Below are positions 34,385 through 45,572 of a stretch of DNA of 47,420 bases, one piece after another. Positions within the stretch are counted from its first letter, which is position 1, and every line of letters begins with the position of its first letter. Under the pieces are notes generated by a model. It saw only the letters and a list, made by a program, of their open reading frames with translations, made no database searches and was not told the DNA's origin. This DNA comes from Piedraia hortae CBS 480.64 (taxonomy: Eukaryota): positions 248,001 through 295,420 of the forward strand of contig MU005973.1 in the NCBI GenBank assembly GCA_010093745.1, written 5' to 3'. The position numbers were made by a program, and so were the translations under genes.

Positions 34385-36487
34385 CTATCTAGAGGAATAG
34401 TCGGGTTTATACGCTGTTGCTCCACCACGGGTTAGTTCGCGAAGAGCCATGGTGGCATATTGACTGCTTCCTAGCTTGAATTTGACCACAACGGCGATCT
34501 TGTCGCCGACGATGTTGTCGTCCCTGTCGAGTAACGACCTTCCGCGAACCTTTTCTAGGTCTGTAAGGACCAACTGCTCTGTTTCAGCGGAATAGGCGAC
34601 GACTTTCGCGTCCACGTCGGAAGCGCGAGCCATCATCTTCCTGTACCCGCCTGAAAGTGAAGCGTCTTTCCACGCACGCCGCATGTTATGCGGATCCAGC
34701 CCCCCACCGGCCTCTGAGCCCATGAATTCTTCGTAGAACTTTCCAATAGCGTTGGAAGGGTAGATGACATCGAACCCAGGCAGCGGAAGGACAATGTCGT
34801 AGATATCGAACCTCCCGCTCTCTGCCTCCGCTTTACTCAGCGGCCGTGCGCGGGTGAACTTGTCCTCTGCAGACGCTGCCTGATCGTGTTCAGCGGGATG
34901 GAAGATGGGCTCTCCGTCCTCGTCTACCTCCTCCACCTGGTTCTCGGCAGGTTGCTCCTCCTTCTCGCCTACTATGACGAGATCCCCCTCAATGACCTTG
35001 TCGCCGTACATCTCCCACCGTTTGCCTACGATCGTGTTCCACACCAGGGACTGGTACGAGTGCACGTACATCATGCGCAGGTTCCGCTGGATCGTCATCA
35101 GCGCGCCTTGGTAGTCGTTTGCTTGGACCAAGGTTCCACTTCGCTTGTCCTTCTTGGAGAGATATTGCATGATTGAATGTTCGGCTTGGTAGCGCTTGGG
35201 AACATACGACACGGTGCCGGTTTCACGCCACGTTCGGATGGCTTTGGCGCGGTCAATGTCTTCTTGGGGAACTTTCCTGCTCTCATCCGAAAGCACGTCC
35301 GGGGAGTAGGTCAGGATGCTATCAACAGCGCCTTCAAGGTCACCCTGCAGCATCCTCATGCCGGTCGTGTGCGTCCCGGTACTGTATGTTCCAAATCGCT
35401 GGAGACCGTAGTAGTTGAGGAACCCTTTGGACTCAAACGACTTGGTTGCATGTGCGACCACTTTTTTTGCTGTTTCCAACCTGTTTTCCTCTTCGTCTTC
35501 AAAATGGCAGTCCCGAAGTGTCAAGGTAAACTCGTTCCCTGCCAGTTCCCCCAACTCAAGGCCCTTTTTGTGGTACGAAAACCCGCTGGCCACCCAGCCT
35601 TTTGCAACCTTGTTGAGACTTGCGATACGGTCTGCGTGGACTCTGAACACGGCTATCCGCTGCACCGTTACTCCCCGTCGGTCTTTGGTTCCTGCGAACT
35701 GGAAGTTTTTGACCGCAACTCTGAGCTGCGTTGCGATGAAATATAGAACTTCCATCGTGTCCTTGTTCTCTTTGTACAGGGTAAAGTGCAGGAACTCTCC
35801 GCCGAGCTCGTCCCAGGCTAACTTGCCTTTGGATACAGCGCCGTCGCGGTTGAGGTTACGTTTCTGGCCATCTTTCTGGTGAATTGGAGCTGCTTTGATG
35901 AGGATGACCCCCACTTCGTCTTGCAGAGTTTCTGTCTGGAGTTTGGAATTGAAGACTTTTCGAACGGCAATGTGGGCTTGGGTTCGCTTGTCTTTTTCGG
36001 AAATTACTGGAGACTTGATGCTTACATGGTCGCGCGGTTTCTTGTTGGGTGCCTTTAAAATAGCGGCGTAGAGTTTGAGGATCTTTTCTGTCGTTTCTGC
36101 ACCGAATATCTCTTGAACAGAAGATTTGTCCTTGTCTGAGATCTCTACATTCTCTGGAGCATCTTTATTCTCCTGTTTCTCCTGTTTCTCTGCAACTTCC
36201 TCGACTAATTCTTTCTGTTGTTCTATCTTCTCCTTGCCATTCGCCTTTTCGTTCACTCTACTTCGGGGAACAGAAAGATCTGTCAAGTGAAGAACAGAGC
36301 CATCTGTGGAAATCTCATTAACTAGAAAATCCGTGTATCGTTGCTTGAAAACACAGGTGAATTCTTGGACGTCGGGCGAGACGTACGCCGTTATTCCTAC
36401 CGTTTCCTCTGCGTCATTTACAGTAGCGTCAGAGCGCACTCGCTTAGAAGGCGGCCAGTCGCCCTCAATCTTGTGTTTCTTTGCCAT
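34385..36487 (-). CDS. PUS7: TruD-family pseudouridine synthase Pus7
   Basis: KQRYTDFLVNEI, LYKENKDTME, FAGTKDRRGVTVQ, GNEF.L.LR, NYYGLQRFG, HSYQS.VWN, SSQYATMALRE. Confidence 0.95.
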   Translation of the reverse strand: MAKKHKIEGDWPPSKRVRSDATVNDAEETVGITAYVSPDVQEFTCVFKQRYTDFLVNEISTDGSVLHLTDLSVPRSRVNEKANGKEKIEQQKELVEEVAEKQEKQENKDAPENVEISDKDKSSVQEIFGAETTEKILKLYAAILKAPNKKPRDHVSIKSPVISEKDKRTQAHIAVRKVFNSKLQTETLQDEVGVILIKAAPIHQKDGQKRNLNRDGAVSKGKLAWDELGGEFLHFTLYKENKDTMEVLYFIATQLRVAVKNFQFAGTKDRRGVTVQRIAVFRVHADRIASLNKVAKGWVASGFSYHKKGLELGELAGNEFTLTLRDCHFEDEEENRLETAKKVVAHATKSFESKGFLNYYGLQRFGTYSTGTHTTGMRMLQGDLEGAVDSILTYSPDVLSDESRKVPQEDIDRAKAIRTWRETGTVSYVPKRYQAEHSIMQYLSKKDKRSGTLVQANDYQGALMTIQRNLRMMYVHSYQSLVWNTIVGKRWEMYGDKVIEGDLVIVGEKEEQPAENQVEEVDEDGEPIFHPAEHDQAASAEDKFTRARPLSKAEAESGRFDIYDIVLPLPGFDVIYPSNAIGKFYEEFMGSEAGGGLDPHNMRRAWKDASLSGGYRKMMARASDVDAKVVAYSAETEQLVLTDLEKVRGRSLLDRDDNIVGDKIAVVVKFKLGSSQYATMALRELTRGGATAYKPDYSSR

Positions 36488-36656
36488 GCTCCCAAGGCCG
36501 AACTGCAAGAAAAAGTCTGGCGCTACAGTCAGGTGACGTGCTATCAGCTGACTCATCTTACACGTCCCGTGACGCGGGGGACGCATTGACGCCAATCAGG
36601 TGGCGTCACCAGCCACTGGACTACATGAACATCCAGTTGGCCTCTGTATTGTAACA

Positions 36657-38279
36657 ATGAGACTCACAACTGCATCTCTCCTTCTTGGAGTTGTTTCGGC
36701 AGCTGTGCCGCAACAGCAAACTCCCCTCCAGGCCGCCACCGGTTTCGTAGATAGGATCCTCAAAGACTCCTCGGCTTGGGACAAGCGTCTGAAGCATGAG
36801 CTCAAACACCTTTCATCAGAGGTCCATCAGGCCTGGGATGAGGTGGCCAAGATGTTTCCAGAGGAAATGAGCAAAGTGTCGTATTTCTCGAAGCCAAAGC
36901 CGCACGCTGAGAGGAAGTCGTGGGACTATGTCACCTCGGGCAAGGCAGTACAAGATATCTGGGTGCTGAACAAGAACGGTGAAAAGGAGAGAGATATTGA
37001 TGGGAACCTCGAGGCTTTCCAGCTTCGGACCAAGAAAGTCGACCCCAAGAGTCTGGGTGTCGACAAGGTGAAACAATACGCTGGCTACCTGGACAATGAC
37101 GATGATGATAAGCACTTGTTCTACTGGTTCTTTGAATCGAGGAATGATCCCAAGAGCGATCCTGTTGTCTTATGGCTAAACGGCGGCCCTGGCTGCTCAT
37201 CTCTCACTGGGTTGTTCATGGAACTAGGTCCCAGCTCTGTGAACAAACAAGGCAAGCTGGATCACAATCCTTATAGCTGGAACTCGAATGCATCCGTTAT
37301 CTTCCTCGATCAACCAGTCAACGTTGGGTACTCTTATTCCCGTGGAAGCGTGTCCGACACCGTGGCAGCCGGTAAAGACATTTATGCCTTGCTCACGCTC
37401 TTCTTCAAGCAATTCCCCGAGTATTCCACTCAACCTTTCCACATCAGCGGAGAGTCATATGCGGGTCATTACATCCCCGTCTTCGCCGCTGAAATCATGA
37501 GCCACAAGAAGCGCAACATCAATCTGCAGTCGGTGCTCATCGGCAACGGTCTCACCGACGGCCTCGTCCAAACAGCCTACTACCGTCCTATGGCCTGTGG
37601 TGAAGGTGGCTATCCCGCCGTTCTCTCGCCCTCCGAATGTTCCAGCATGGACCAGTCCCTCCCTCGCTGCCAAAGCCTCATCCAAGGCTGCTACAATAGT
37701 GAATCAACCTTTGCCTGTGTTCCAGCAACAATCTACTGTAACAACGCCCTCATCGGCCCATACCAACGCACAGGCATGAACCCTTATGACGTTCGCACTC
37801 CCTGCAAAGGCGGCGACCTCTGCTACGACGAACTGGACTGGATCCAGCAATATCTCAACCGCAAAGACGTCATGAACGCTCTTGGCGTCGAAGTCTCCAG
37901 CTACGACTCCTGCAACTTCGACATCAATCGCAATTTCATGTTCAAAGGCGACTGGATGAAACCCTACCACCGCCTTGTCCCCGATTTACTCGAAAAAATC
38001 CCAGTCCTCATCTACGCCGGCGACGCGGATTTTATCTGCAACTGGCTCGGTAACCTCGCATGGACAAACGCCCTCGACTGGTCGGGAAAGAAAGACTACA
38101 ACAAAGCCGAGCTGAAGGCTTTGAAACTCGCAGATGGGAAGAAGATTGGAGAGGTGAAGTCGAGTGGGAATTTTACTTTTGTGAAGCTCCATGCGGGAGG
38201 ACACATGGTGCCATATGACCAGCCCGTTGCGTCCCTCGAGATGGTTAGTCGGTGGTTGAAGGGGGAGTGGGTTGAGTAA
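36657..38279 (+). CDS. cpyA: Vacuolar carboxypeptidase Y (S10), intronless
   Basis: Signal and propeptide; [34 protein letters not shown]. Confidence 0.95.
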   Translation: MRLTTASLLLGVVSAAVPQQQTPLQAATGFVDRILKDSSAWDKRLKHELKHLSSEVHQAWDEVAKMFPEEMSKVSYFSKPKPHAERKSWDYVTSGKAVQDIWVLNKNGEKERDIDGNLEAFQLRTKKVDPKSLGVDKVKQYAGYLDNDDDDKHLFYWFFESRNDPKSDPVVLWLNGGPGCSSLTGLFMELGPSSVNKQGKLDHNPYSWNSNASVIFLDQPVNVGYSYSRGSVSDTVAAGKDIYALLTLFFKQFPEYSTQPFHISGESYAGHYIPVFAAEIMSHKKRNINLQSVLIGNGLTDGLVQTAYYRPMACGEGGYPAVLSPSECSSMDQSLPRCQSLIQGCYNSESTFACVPATIYCNNALIGPYQRTGMNPYDVRTPCKGGDLCYDELDWIQQYLNRKDVMNALGVEVSSYDSCNFDINRNFMFKGDWMKPYHRLVPDLLEKIPVLIYAGDADFICNWLGNLAWTNALDWSGKKDYNKAELKALKLADGKKIGEVKSSGNFTFVKLHAGGHMVPYDQPVASLEMVSRWLKGEWVE

Positions 38280-38415
38280 CATCTCTATAGTTGTTGTAAT
38301 ATTTTGGATTTGTGAATCCTGTAATCTGTTGTATCATCCATGTGAACTTGGGGGTGCCGTTGCCCAGCCACCCACCCAATGTTCATTTACCCAACCCATA
38401 CCCTGAACTACTCCC

Positions 38416-40935
38416 ATGGACTACCCCCCTTCCGAAGAACCTATCAATGCCACAAACCGTTCAACATCAAATTACACAACCATCTCATCCCTACCCCCCT
38501 CCATCCTCTTAACAGATTCCGAACCCGAAACTTTCCCCCTATCCAAACGGAAGAAAATCCGACATAGACCGAAGGAGGAGGTAGTCCTACTACATGTCTC
38601 CATCCTACCAACCCAAAAATCTTCCACCGAAGCTGGGCTACTACTGGAAAGTCTGCTCACCCCCACGCTGAGACAGAGGGGGATTCTGATTCCGCATCCG
38701 AGGGAGGAGTTTGAACTTATACAGGAGAGGGTGTTGCAGGCTTTGGGGGTGAGGTTGGGGAGGATTGCGGAGTGTGGGCATTTTGTGCCGAGGGAAGATC
38801 TAAGAGGGCGGAGGGGAGGGGATTATGGAGTTAGGAATCAGAGCAGGGATGGGGAACACAACGAGGGTGAGGAACGCAACGAGGACGGGGACGGGGAAAA
38901 CGAAGGAAGAGGGGAATACGATATGGGTGGACAAAGCAGGAGGGATGGAACACGGTTTTTCAACTGCGAAGCATGCGGAAGTGCGATTGAAACCCCGCGG
39001 GGGGAGGAGTTCGACTGGGAAGTGAGGGTGTATGCGCGGAATGGACTGCTCACGCCGCTGGCATGGGAGGTTGCATGGAGGGATATGGAGGGTGTGGATG
39101 TTGAGGTTAGACCTGTTGACGAACAGAAGGGCTTAGGGGAGGATGAAATGCTGGGTGGACTTTCAGAGGAGGATGAGATTGCGAATGAGGATGTGCCGCC
39201 TTGCGCAGAGGAAGACTCTTTGGAGCTACCACCAAAAGCTCTCAGACCGAGAGAGCTTCCAGAAAAGGACGCAATAACCCCTCCGCGAGACATATGTCCA
39301 GATGACCCCCTCCCACAAATCTTCCGACCGGATCAGATCCCCCTTCGAGTTCTGCTGAAGAACTATGTTTATCTGCTGGCGCAGGATGGGAGGAATTTTG
39401 CGATCGTGATGCTCGCGTTGCTGCTGTTTTGGGATTTGGGGTTTAGGTATGGGAAGTGTGGTTTGTCGATTGGTTTGAAGGATGGGAGGGGGATGGTTGT
39501 GCGTGAGAGTGGTGCTGGTGTTGCGATCATGCATGGGAGGGGGAGGAATGTGTCGGGTCACGTCTGGGTTGGGAGTCTTACGGGAGAGGAAGACTTACAA
39601 GAGTTGGGAATTGTAACTGGAGGCTCTATGGCTGTTGTTCCAAGGTTGGAGTATCCACTATGCGGGTTGGATGAGGCGCCTCAGACAATTCCGGGAGGAC
39701 GATTTGTACACCAAGACACGATCGACCATGGGAAAAGCTCGTTGAGAGGTGAAGCAAGACTGGAGTATCCACTTTGCGGTTTGGACTATTTGCCGCTTGG
39801 ATGTGATGGGGAAGGCTGTGCAGACGAAGATATAACAACTCTTCCCCCAGAGGATGATGCAATTCTACGACCAAGTGGACTGAGAATTCCGCCTTTGGAA
39901 CATCCTATCTGCAGCACAACAATTGAAAACCAGCATGGTGAAAACTCCACCGCAAAAGAAGCAATCTTGGAGGGTATCTGTGTAAATGCACAGACTGAAA
40001 GCAGGATTTTCTCCCAAAGCTGCAGTCATCCTACCAGAATGCCTTCTTCCCCAAATACAGAGATCCTCAATGTCAAAACCTCGTCCCTTAAGGATAATGA
40101 AGTTTCGCTGTTGAAGCATCCTATCTGCAGTGCAACCATGGGAGCCCAGGATGATACAGAGGAGAGAAAACCCATTGCGAACGAAGCGATCTTGAAAAAT
40201 ATTTGCGCAATTCCCAGCACTCCATCTATGGGACAGCCCATCTGCATCATAAAAATCGGAGATGACGAGGCTGAACCAACTGAAACCTCAGGAGGGATCT
40301 CACCACCTGAAAGCACCATGTCCTTTCCATACTCCCTCCAAATACACCCTCTCTCGAATGGAGACCCCGAACGATCGTTCCCAAAGGATGCAGGTTTACG
40401 GCCAACTAGAAAGATCATTCCATTGTTACAGCACCCCATCTGCAGTGCTATTGAAGACCACGATGGTACTGGGGAGAAGGGAGGAATGCCTGAAAAGAAC
40501 ACATGCTCCTCCATCGAAACACATTTTCTCTCAAATGAACTCATCCCCGAAGGCGAAATTGATGCAATCCCATCACTGGACCACCCCACCTGCAGCGCGA
40601 TCGAATACGCTGAACACACTCCAAACAAATCGACCTCAGACGAGAACGCACCGTCTGAAAATAGCATCCAACCCTCACAACCCTCCATCGAAATACCCCC
40701 TCTCCCCAAAGAAGATGACGCACATCGCCCAAAGCACAATGTCCCCACAACAAGAGAAGAGCAAAGCAGTTCCATACATTCAAGCGAATCCAGTGCCTAC
40801 GACACAACGCTGCAAAGCTTAGAAGCTCAACTGCAAAGCATCACAACCCCCCCTCGAAACGCAGTGGGCCTATTTTGCCCAAACCCGGGTCTCCTCCAAC
40901 CCCTCCCGGACCTTTGCGATCGAATCGGGGATTGA
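38416..40935 (+). CDS. Hypothetical protein with a conserved fungal N-terminal domain, a TM segment and a repetitive C-terminus
   Basis: LLHVSILP, RGILIPHPREEFEL, CGHF, CEACG, VYARNGL..AW..AW.DME.VDVEV resemble a Pezizomycotina domain (recalled; function unestablished). LKNYVYLLAQD precedes a hydrophobic helix. Confidence 0.7.
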   Translation: MDYPPSEEPINATNRSTSNYTTISSLPPSILLTDSEPETFPLSKRKKIRHRPKEEVVLLHVSILPTQKSSTEAGLLLESLLTPTLRQRGILIPHPREEFELIQERVLQALGVRLGRIAECGHFVPREDLRGRRGGDYGVRNQSRDGEHNEGEERNEDGDGENEGRGEYDMGGQSRRDGTRFFNCEACGSAIETPRGEEFDWEVRVYARNGLLTPLAWEVAWRDMEGVDVEVRPVDEQKGLGEDEMLGGLSEEDEIANEDVPPCAEEDSLELPPKALRPRELPEKDAITPPRDICPDDPLPQIFRPDQIPLRVLLKNYVYLLAQDGRNFAIVMLALLLFWDLGFRYGKCGLSIGLKDGRGMVVRESGAGVAIMHGRGRNVSGHVWVGSLTGEEDLQELGIVTGGSMAVVPRLEYPLCGLDEAPQTIPGGRFVHQDTIDHGKSSLRGEARLEYPLCGLDYLPLGCDGEGCADEDITTLPPEDDAILRPSGLRIPPLEHPICSTTIENQHGENSTAKEAILEGICVNAQTESRIFSQSCSHPTRMPSSPNTEILNVKTSSLKDNEVSLLKHPICSATMGAQDDTEERKPIANEAILKNICAIPSTPSMGQPICIIKIGDDEAEPTETSGGISPPESTMSFPYSLQIHPLSNGDPERSFPKDAGLRPTRKIIPLLQHPICSAIEDHDGTGEKGGMPEKNTCSSIETHFLSNELIPEGEIDAIPSLDHPTCSAIEYAEHTPNKSTSDENAPSENSIQPSQPSIEIPPLPKEDDAHRPKHNVPTTREEQSSSIHSSESSAYDTTLQSLEAQLQSITTPPRNAVGLFCPNPGLLQPLPDLCDRIGD

Positions 40936-41358
40936 CACCCCCAACCTCTTCAGCATCTCGTGACATTTAAGCCGTCATTTCTTATGATCTCTGGGACAGA
41001 ATTTATAGCGCAGTATATACCCGTTTATAATTCTTTCTCAACGGTAGTGTTTCCTCTTGACGAGTAATAACATCGTCTAGGTGGATGTGCTCGTCGTGGA
41101 AAAGCGCGAGATCGGTAAAAGTCCCTTGCGGGGACATCTTCGAAGAGAATCAACGTGATAATATACTGTAGCGACGGGATGGCTTTCCCACAGTGCCAAC
41201 CAGACCCTCATCACATGGAAAGAAAGACGAAAGCCTGCCCAAAACAAATCGCACACCAAATACCATTGAAGAATGAAGGAACATCAATTCTCGAGAGCCT
41301 TCCCCACCAGTAACACAAACACCATCGCACCTTTTCCGCTCTACCCAAGACTTCCCTC

Positions 41359-42084
41359 CTATCCATCCACGACCCCTTCCCCCAAATTCTCAACAACCTC
41401 CTTTCCTCCCTTCCCTAACCTCTCCAGTGGAACCCCAATCCTCACCCCATTAAACTTATGCAACACAACCCCCTGTCTATCCTTCAACCACCCCCCAAAC
41501 TCCGCGTCTGCAGAGTACATCCCCGACGCATCCGTCCACTTCCTAACCTTTTCCGGGCGGGGCAAATCTCTCACTTTCGATGCCGGAGGGAGTGTCTTCC
41601 CAGTAACCTCCTCCACATACGCGATATCCGCGGAGCAGAGTTTCGAAGGCGAGACAGTGATTGTTTTTTGGGGGGTTTGGTTTGTTACGGAGAGGAGGAG
41701 GGATCCGTCCCGGGTGACTGATTGAAGGGATGCGTGCAGGGAGAAGGTGTTGGAGAGGTCGTGCCAAGGACGTGGGGGGTATTCTGGAGCTGTTTTGGGG
41801 GGGAGTTTGGGGAGGGATTTGCCAGGCTCGCTACGCTCACCGTCAGAGTCGTTGTCGGTGGAGCTTTGCGCGTCATCGGTGATTTGGACGGGGAGGCCGC
41901 TGCTGAGGGGGATGGAGGTATAGTCCCCTGCTTGGTCTGCGGCGGCAACGCTGACGCGGCGGGGTGGCGGGACGGTGCGGATTGTGGGTTGAGAGGGGTC
42001 GACGGCCGTGGTGTTTGTGTCGAGGGAGGTGGTGGATTCGTCGGCTACGGGGGAGAAGTAGAATCTTTGTTGCGATTTGGTCAT
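41359..42084 (-). CDS. Stand-alone protein with two tandem SLA1-homology-domain-1 (SHD1)-like modules
   Basis: RPWHDLSNTFSLHASL..VSPSKLCSADIAYVEEVTG and RKWTDASGMYSADAEF..LHKFNGVRIGVPLERL. Confidence 0.72.
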   Translation of the reverse strand: MTKSQQRFYFSPVADESTTSLDTNTTAVDPSQPTIRTVPPPRRVSVAAADQAGDYTSIPLSSGLPVQITDDAQSSTDNDSDGERSEPGKSLPKLPPKTAPEYPPRPWHDLSNTFSLHASLQSVTRDGSLLLSVTNQTPQKTITVSPSKLCSADIAYVEEVTGKTLPPASKVRDLPRPEKVRKWTDASGMYSADAEFGGWLKDRQGVVLHKFNGVRIGVPLERLGKGGKEVVENLGEGVVDG

Positions 42085-42203
42085 TCCGGTGGATGATTGG
42101 TTGTGGTGGTGGGGATTAATAGGGTGGAGGGGATAGGGGTGAGACTTTTTTGGTTGGTTTTAAATTAGGTTGGTTTGGTATGGAAGGGTATGTGGCTGTT
42201 GGT

Positions 42204-43277
42204 TCAGATTCCGCGATTGAAGACTACTCTTGTTTCACCTTGGTTCTGGAATTGTTGTTCTAGGGTTTTGATGTCGACGGTTTGCCATTGGGGGAATACG
42301 CCCAGGGCGAGTGGGAGGGCAAACACTGAGGTGGTGAAGATGAGTCCTATGTTCAAGGGGAGGACCAGTCTTGGGCGGGATTTGAGCCATTCTGTTCTCT
42401 GAAGCCTGACTAGGATCAGAGGAGGGATGACCATTATGGGCGTCGAGTTGATGACGCGGGAGAGAGCCGTCTCAGCCACGGCGAGACGTGCTGCTTTCTT
42501 GGATTTTCCAAGAGGAGGCCCGCCGGAAATGGGATAGATATCTATTCCCCTTTTCATCTCCTCGGCTCGCATGAGGAACACATTCAGCGCTCCTGCTGAG
42601 GCAACGGCCGCAAAGGGGACCAATCTCGACAAAACCGTTCTCGTCGTAGGACGGAGGCTTCGCAATCGAGGCACTAAGCTTTTGAGACCTAGAGCAACAG
42701 CGCAGCTTGCTGTCACAGCTACGCAGTAAGATTTGACCAAAGCCGATGTTGAGAGAGGGGCGGATTTGTTTGCATTTGCACTGTTGATGGCCACGTTGAG
42801 GGATTGATTGGTGATTTGCCAGGCTACAGTCCCTGTGGTGCCGAGATTTGGCGTCAACATGCCAGCCGTAACGACCAAATTAGACAGTACGAAACAGGAC
42901 ATCCGGAAAGGGAGGAATACGGGCTTTCCCGTATCTATTTCGTTTTCATCAGTTGAATGAGAGCGGACGAGAGAGAGAGAGGCCTACCAGGATGCAGGGT
43001 CGAATCAACGATTTTCTTTGCTTGCCAGAGATCTGGCGTCATGGATTTGATCTCACCACTCTTGAATTCTGTGATGAGTTTCTTGGCATTTTCAAGGCCG
43101 GATTGTGAAACGAAAAGGGTTCTACTTGTTTTAGATGGATGGAACTTTGTATTACAGAATGGACATACAGTACCTGGGATCGGATATCTGGGCGGCATGT
43201 TTGACCCGGCCCCAGTACGTATTAAGGTCATATTGCGAGTCGGGCAACTGTCTACTGCCTGGAAGGGAAGAGGACAT
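42204..43277 (-). CDS. FSF1: Sideroflexin; introns 43173-43122 and 42987-42935
   Basis: YDLNTYWGRV.H..DPRTLF, LHPDTGKPVFLPFRMS, NQSLNVAINSANANKS, PFAAVA, FNRGI. Confidence 0.94.
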
Positions 43278-43876
43278 GCTTCGTTTGAAGGCAAACGGGA
43301 TCACAGTGCAACAACTTTCGAGAAGTTGAGAGGTTGCCTGCGCTAACCAAAAGCAGTTAGCGCGAATAATTACCCTGATGATCCTCAACCTTCAACTTCA
43401 GGCTTTCCATCAAGCGACACTCCAGGCTGACGTACACCTATAATCAATCTCGTTGCTGTACCAGTTGAGGCCAGATTAAAAGTAGAAATCAACGTGACAT
43501 GAAAATCCTTCGACGATGGGCGCGCGGAATCAGGACGGCATGCTTTCGATTTAAAGTAGCCTGCTCTTTACTGAACAATTACTCCCGATAGCTACTTCAA
43601 AGCTAACCATCCGCCATCCAAAACAATGACGGATATAAAATGCCTAAACATGACATTGCTGACTACTTGGCCTGCTAGAGCTACGATTCTAATAATCAAT
43701 AGTCTGTATAGCGCACGTCTCAACCCGCGCTCGGTCTGCCCAACTATGACAGGCCTCGAGCTGGACCACTTTATGAAGTGCACGAGACAAGACTGACTCG
43801 ACAGTCATTGAGTACGGTATCAGGCCACCATCATGCCTCTCCACCGTAATTTACTCGTCGATACAAATTTATACAA

Positions 43877-45364
43877 TTACTTCACCGTACCCAACTTCTG
43901 ACCCATTTTAACCTTCATTCCCTTTTCAATACACCACGTCCAGCTGCCCTGGTTTTCTGATTCCGTCCAGCCTTCGTCAAACGAAGGTCTCCTACCCTTT
44001 GGAGCTTCAAAGACCATAACAATGGTAGAACCCAGCTGGAACCCACCCATTTCCTCGCCTTTTCGGAGGGGATGACCGCCCAGAACAGGGCTGGAGGAGG
44101 AGTAATGGGCTGCAGCGAAGCCTGAGTAGGGCTCTCCGCGCTCTGCTGCCTTTTCTGCGGCACGGTCGGCGAGGGTGTCGGTTAGGAGACTGTTTGTGCG
44201 CAGTTCGCGGTCAAAGTTGACGACGATGGAGCCGACGTTGGTGGCGCCTACGGGTGTATACGAGAAGAAGCCGTACTTCCACCTTCCTAGGAGCACGACG
44301 CGCTCGTTTAGGGTGAATAGACCGGGAAGGCTGCGCACTAGGTAGGGTGACACGCTGTACAACTCACCCGCAAAGTGTCGTCGAGATTCAACGACCCAGG
44401 AGACGGGAGAATGGAAGCGGTGGTAGTCCCCTGGTGCAAGGTAGACGACGCAGTAGTATAGTGCTGTTGGTACCTGGTCCTCTCGCTCAGCAGCGGGATA
44501 GTACCATGGTCGCGGCGCATTGGGACCCGAGGCCAGGTCTGCCTGCACTTCAGCCTCAGACCCACGGTTAAATTTTGTGGATTGATCCGAGGATTTTGAT
44601 TTGGCTGTTCCCTTTTTCTTGCCCCCTGAGAAGAGATCCGGTAAGCTGTAGCTGATGCCGTTTACGCGGGCAAATTCTTCATCTTCGGCTACCGCCTTTT
44701 CTCCTTCCCGCTCGCCAGAAGCTGAGAGTATGTCTTTAGTTGAGGCTGACGTTGTCGGTGCCTGGCCCAGCAGGGCATCAACGTGATAGGTAACGCCCTT
44801 GACCTGCTCTACCTCACCGTGGACGATGCTCCCAAACTGGACCACAGTCCCGTCAGCCGGGCTTACCAACGAGTTTGGGTCGCAGTCTATCGGCCGTACT
44901 CCGGGCTTCAGTGTGCGGTAAAAGAACTCTGCAAGGTTGCGGAATTGGCTGAGATCTTTTTCGTCAATCTCGTCAAAGTTGACGCCAAACACCCAGCCGT
45001 ACAGTTTGAATCCTGGAACTCGCAACGGCTTGGGGATCTGCAGTCCGTTGAACCATCCCCACCAGCGACTTAGGGCCTTCAACGGGATGCTGGACATGAC
45101 TTGGACGGTCCACGGACCAGACGGTCGGATTCTCTCCCGCCGACGCGGGGTCAGCGTCCCTTCTTCGTAATCTTCTGGCTGTCTGTTTCTTCGGAGCCAT
45201 TCTTCCTCCTCTTCTATCAATCGGTTGCGCTCGCGCACGCGGTAGATTTGGATCCCGCCAACTGCAGCAATGCCGAGGAAGATGGGCGTACGCAGTCGCC
45301 TCGATGAGAAAGAGGCCTTGCGGTGGAAAACCTTTGTAATAAACGGCAGGCGAAAGCGCGCCAT
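43877..45364 (-). CDS. PSD1: Mitochondrial phosphatidylserine decarboxylase 1
   Basis: FFYRTLKPGVRPI, SPADG, YLAPGDYHRFHSP, NERV, VGATNVGSI, LGST autocleavage motif; Arg-rich presequence. Confidence 0.95.
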   Translation of the reverse strand: MARFRLPFITKVFHRKASFSSRRLRTPIFLGIAAVGGIQIYRVRERNRLIEEEEEWLRRNRQPEDYEEGTLTPRRRERIRPSGPWTVQVMSSIPLKALSRWWGWFNGLQIPKPLRVPGFKLYGWVFGVNFDEIDEKDLSQFRNLAEFFYRTLKPGVRPIDCDPNSLVSPADGTVVQFGSIVHGEVEQVKGVTYHVDALLGQAPTTSASTKDILSASGEREGEKAVAEDEEFARVNGISYSLPDLFSGGKKKGTAKSKSSDQSTKFNRGSEAEVQADLASGPNAPRPWYYPAAEREDQVPTALYYCVVYLAPGDYHRFHSPVSWVVESRRHFAGELYSVSPYLVRSLPGLFTLNERVVLLGRWKYGFFSYTPVGATNVGSIVVNFDRELRTNSLLTDTLADRAAEKAAERGEPYSGFAAAHYSSSSPVLGGHPLRKGEEMGGFQLGSTIVMVFEAPKGRRPSFDEGWTESENQGSWTWCIEKGMKVKMGQKLGTVK

Positions 45365-45411
45365 GGTCCGTTGTTCTCCTCCATCAACGACTGGTGATGT
45401 GGCCGGAGCTA

Positions 45412-45497
45412 GCCCGATTGGTGCTAGCCCAGCTGCCTGATTAGTACTAGCTTAGTTGCCTGATTGGTACTAGCCTAGTTGCCTGATTGCTACTAGC
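45412..45497. repeat. 23-bp tandem repeat (3.7 copies) in a divergent promoter
   Basis: GCCTGATTGGTACTAGCCTAGTT-like units start at 45412, 45435, 45458, 45481. Confidence 0.9.
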
Positions 45498-45572
45498 GTC
45501 ATCTGCTACATGGGAGCGGCACAGATCAGCTATATATAGTTTGCATAGCCCTTTTGACAGCTTTCAAACGCC

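Noticed and set aside
43533..43619. Possible ncRNA hairpin (AAGTAGC/GCTACTT, GCTTT/AAAGC)
   Set aside because: Short stems; no convincing U5, SRP or snoRNA motifs; needs an Rfam scan.
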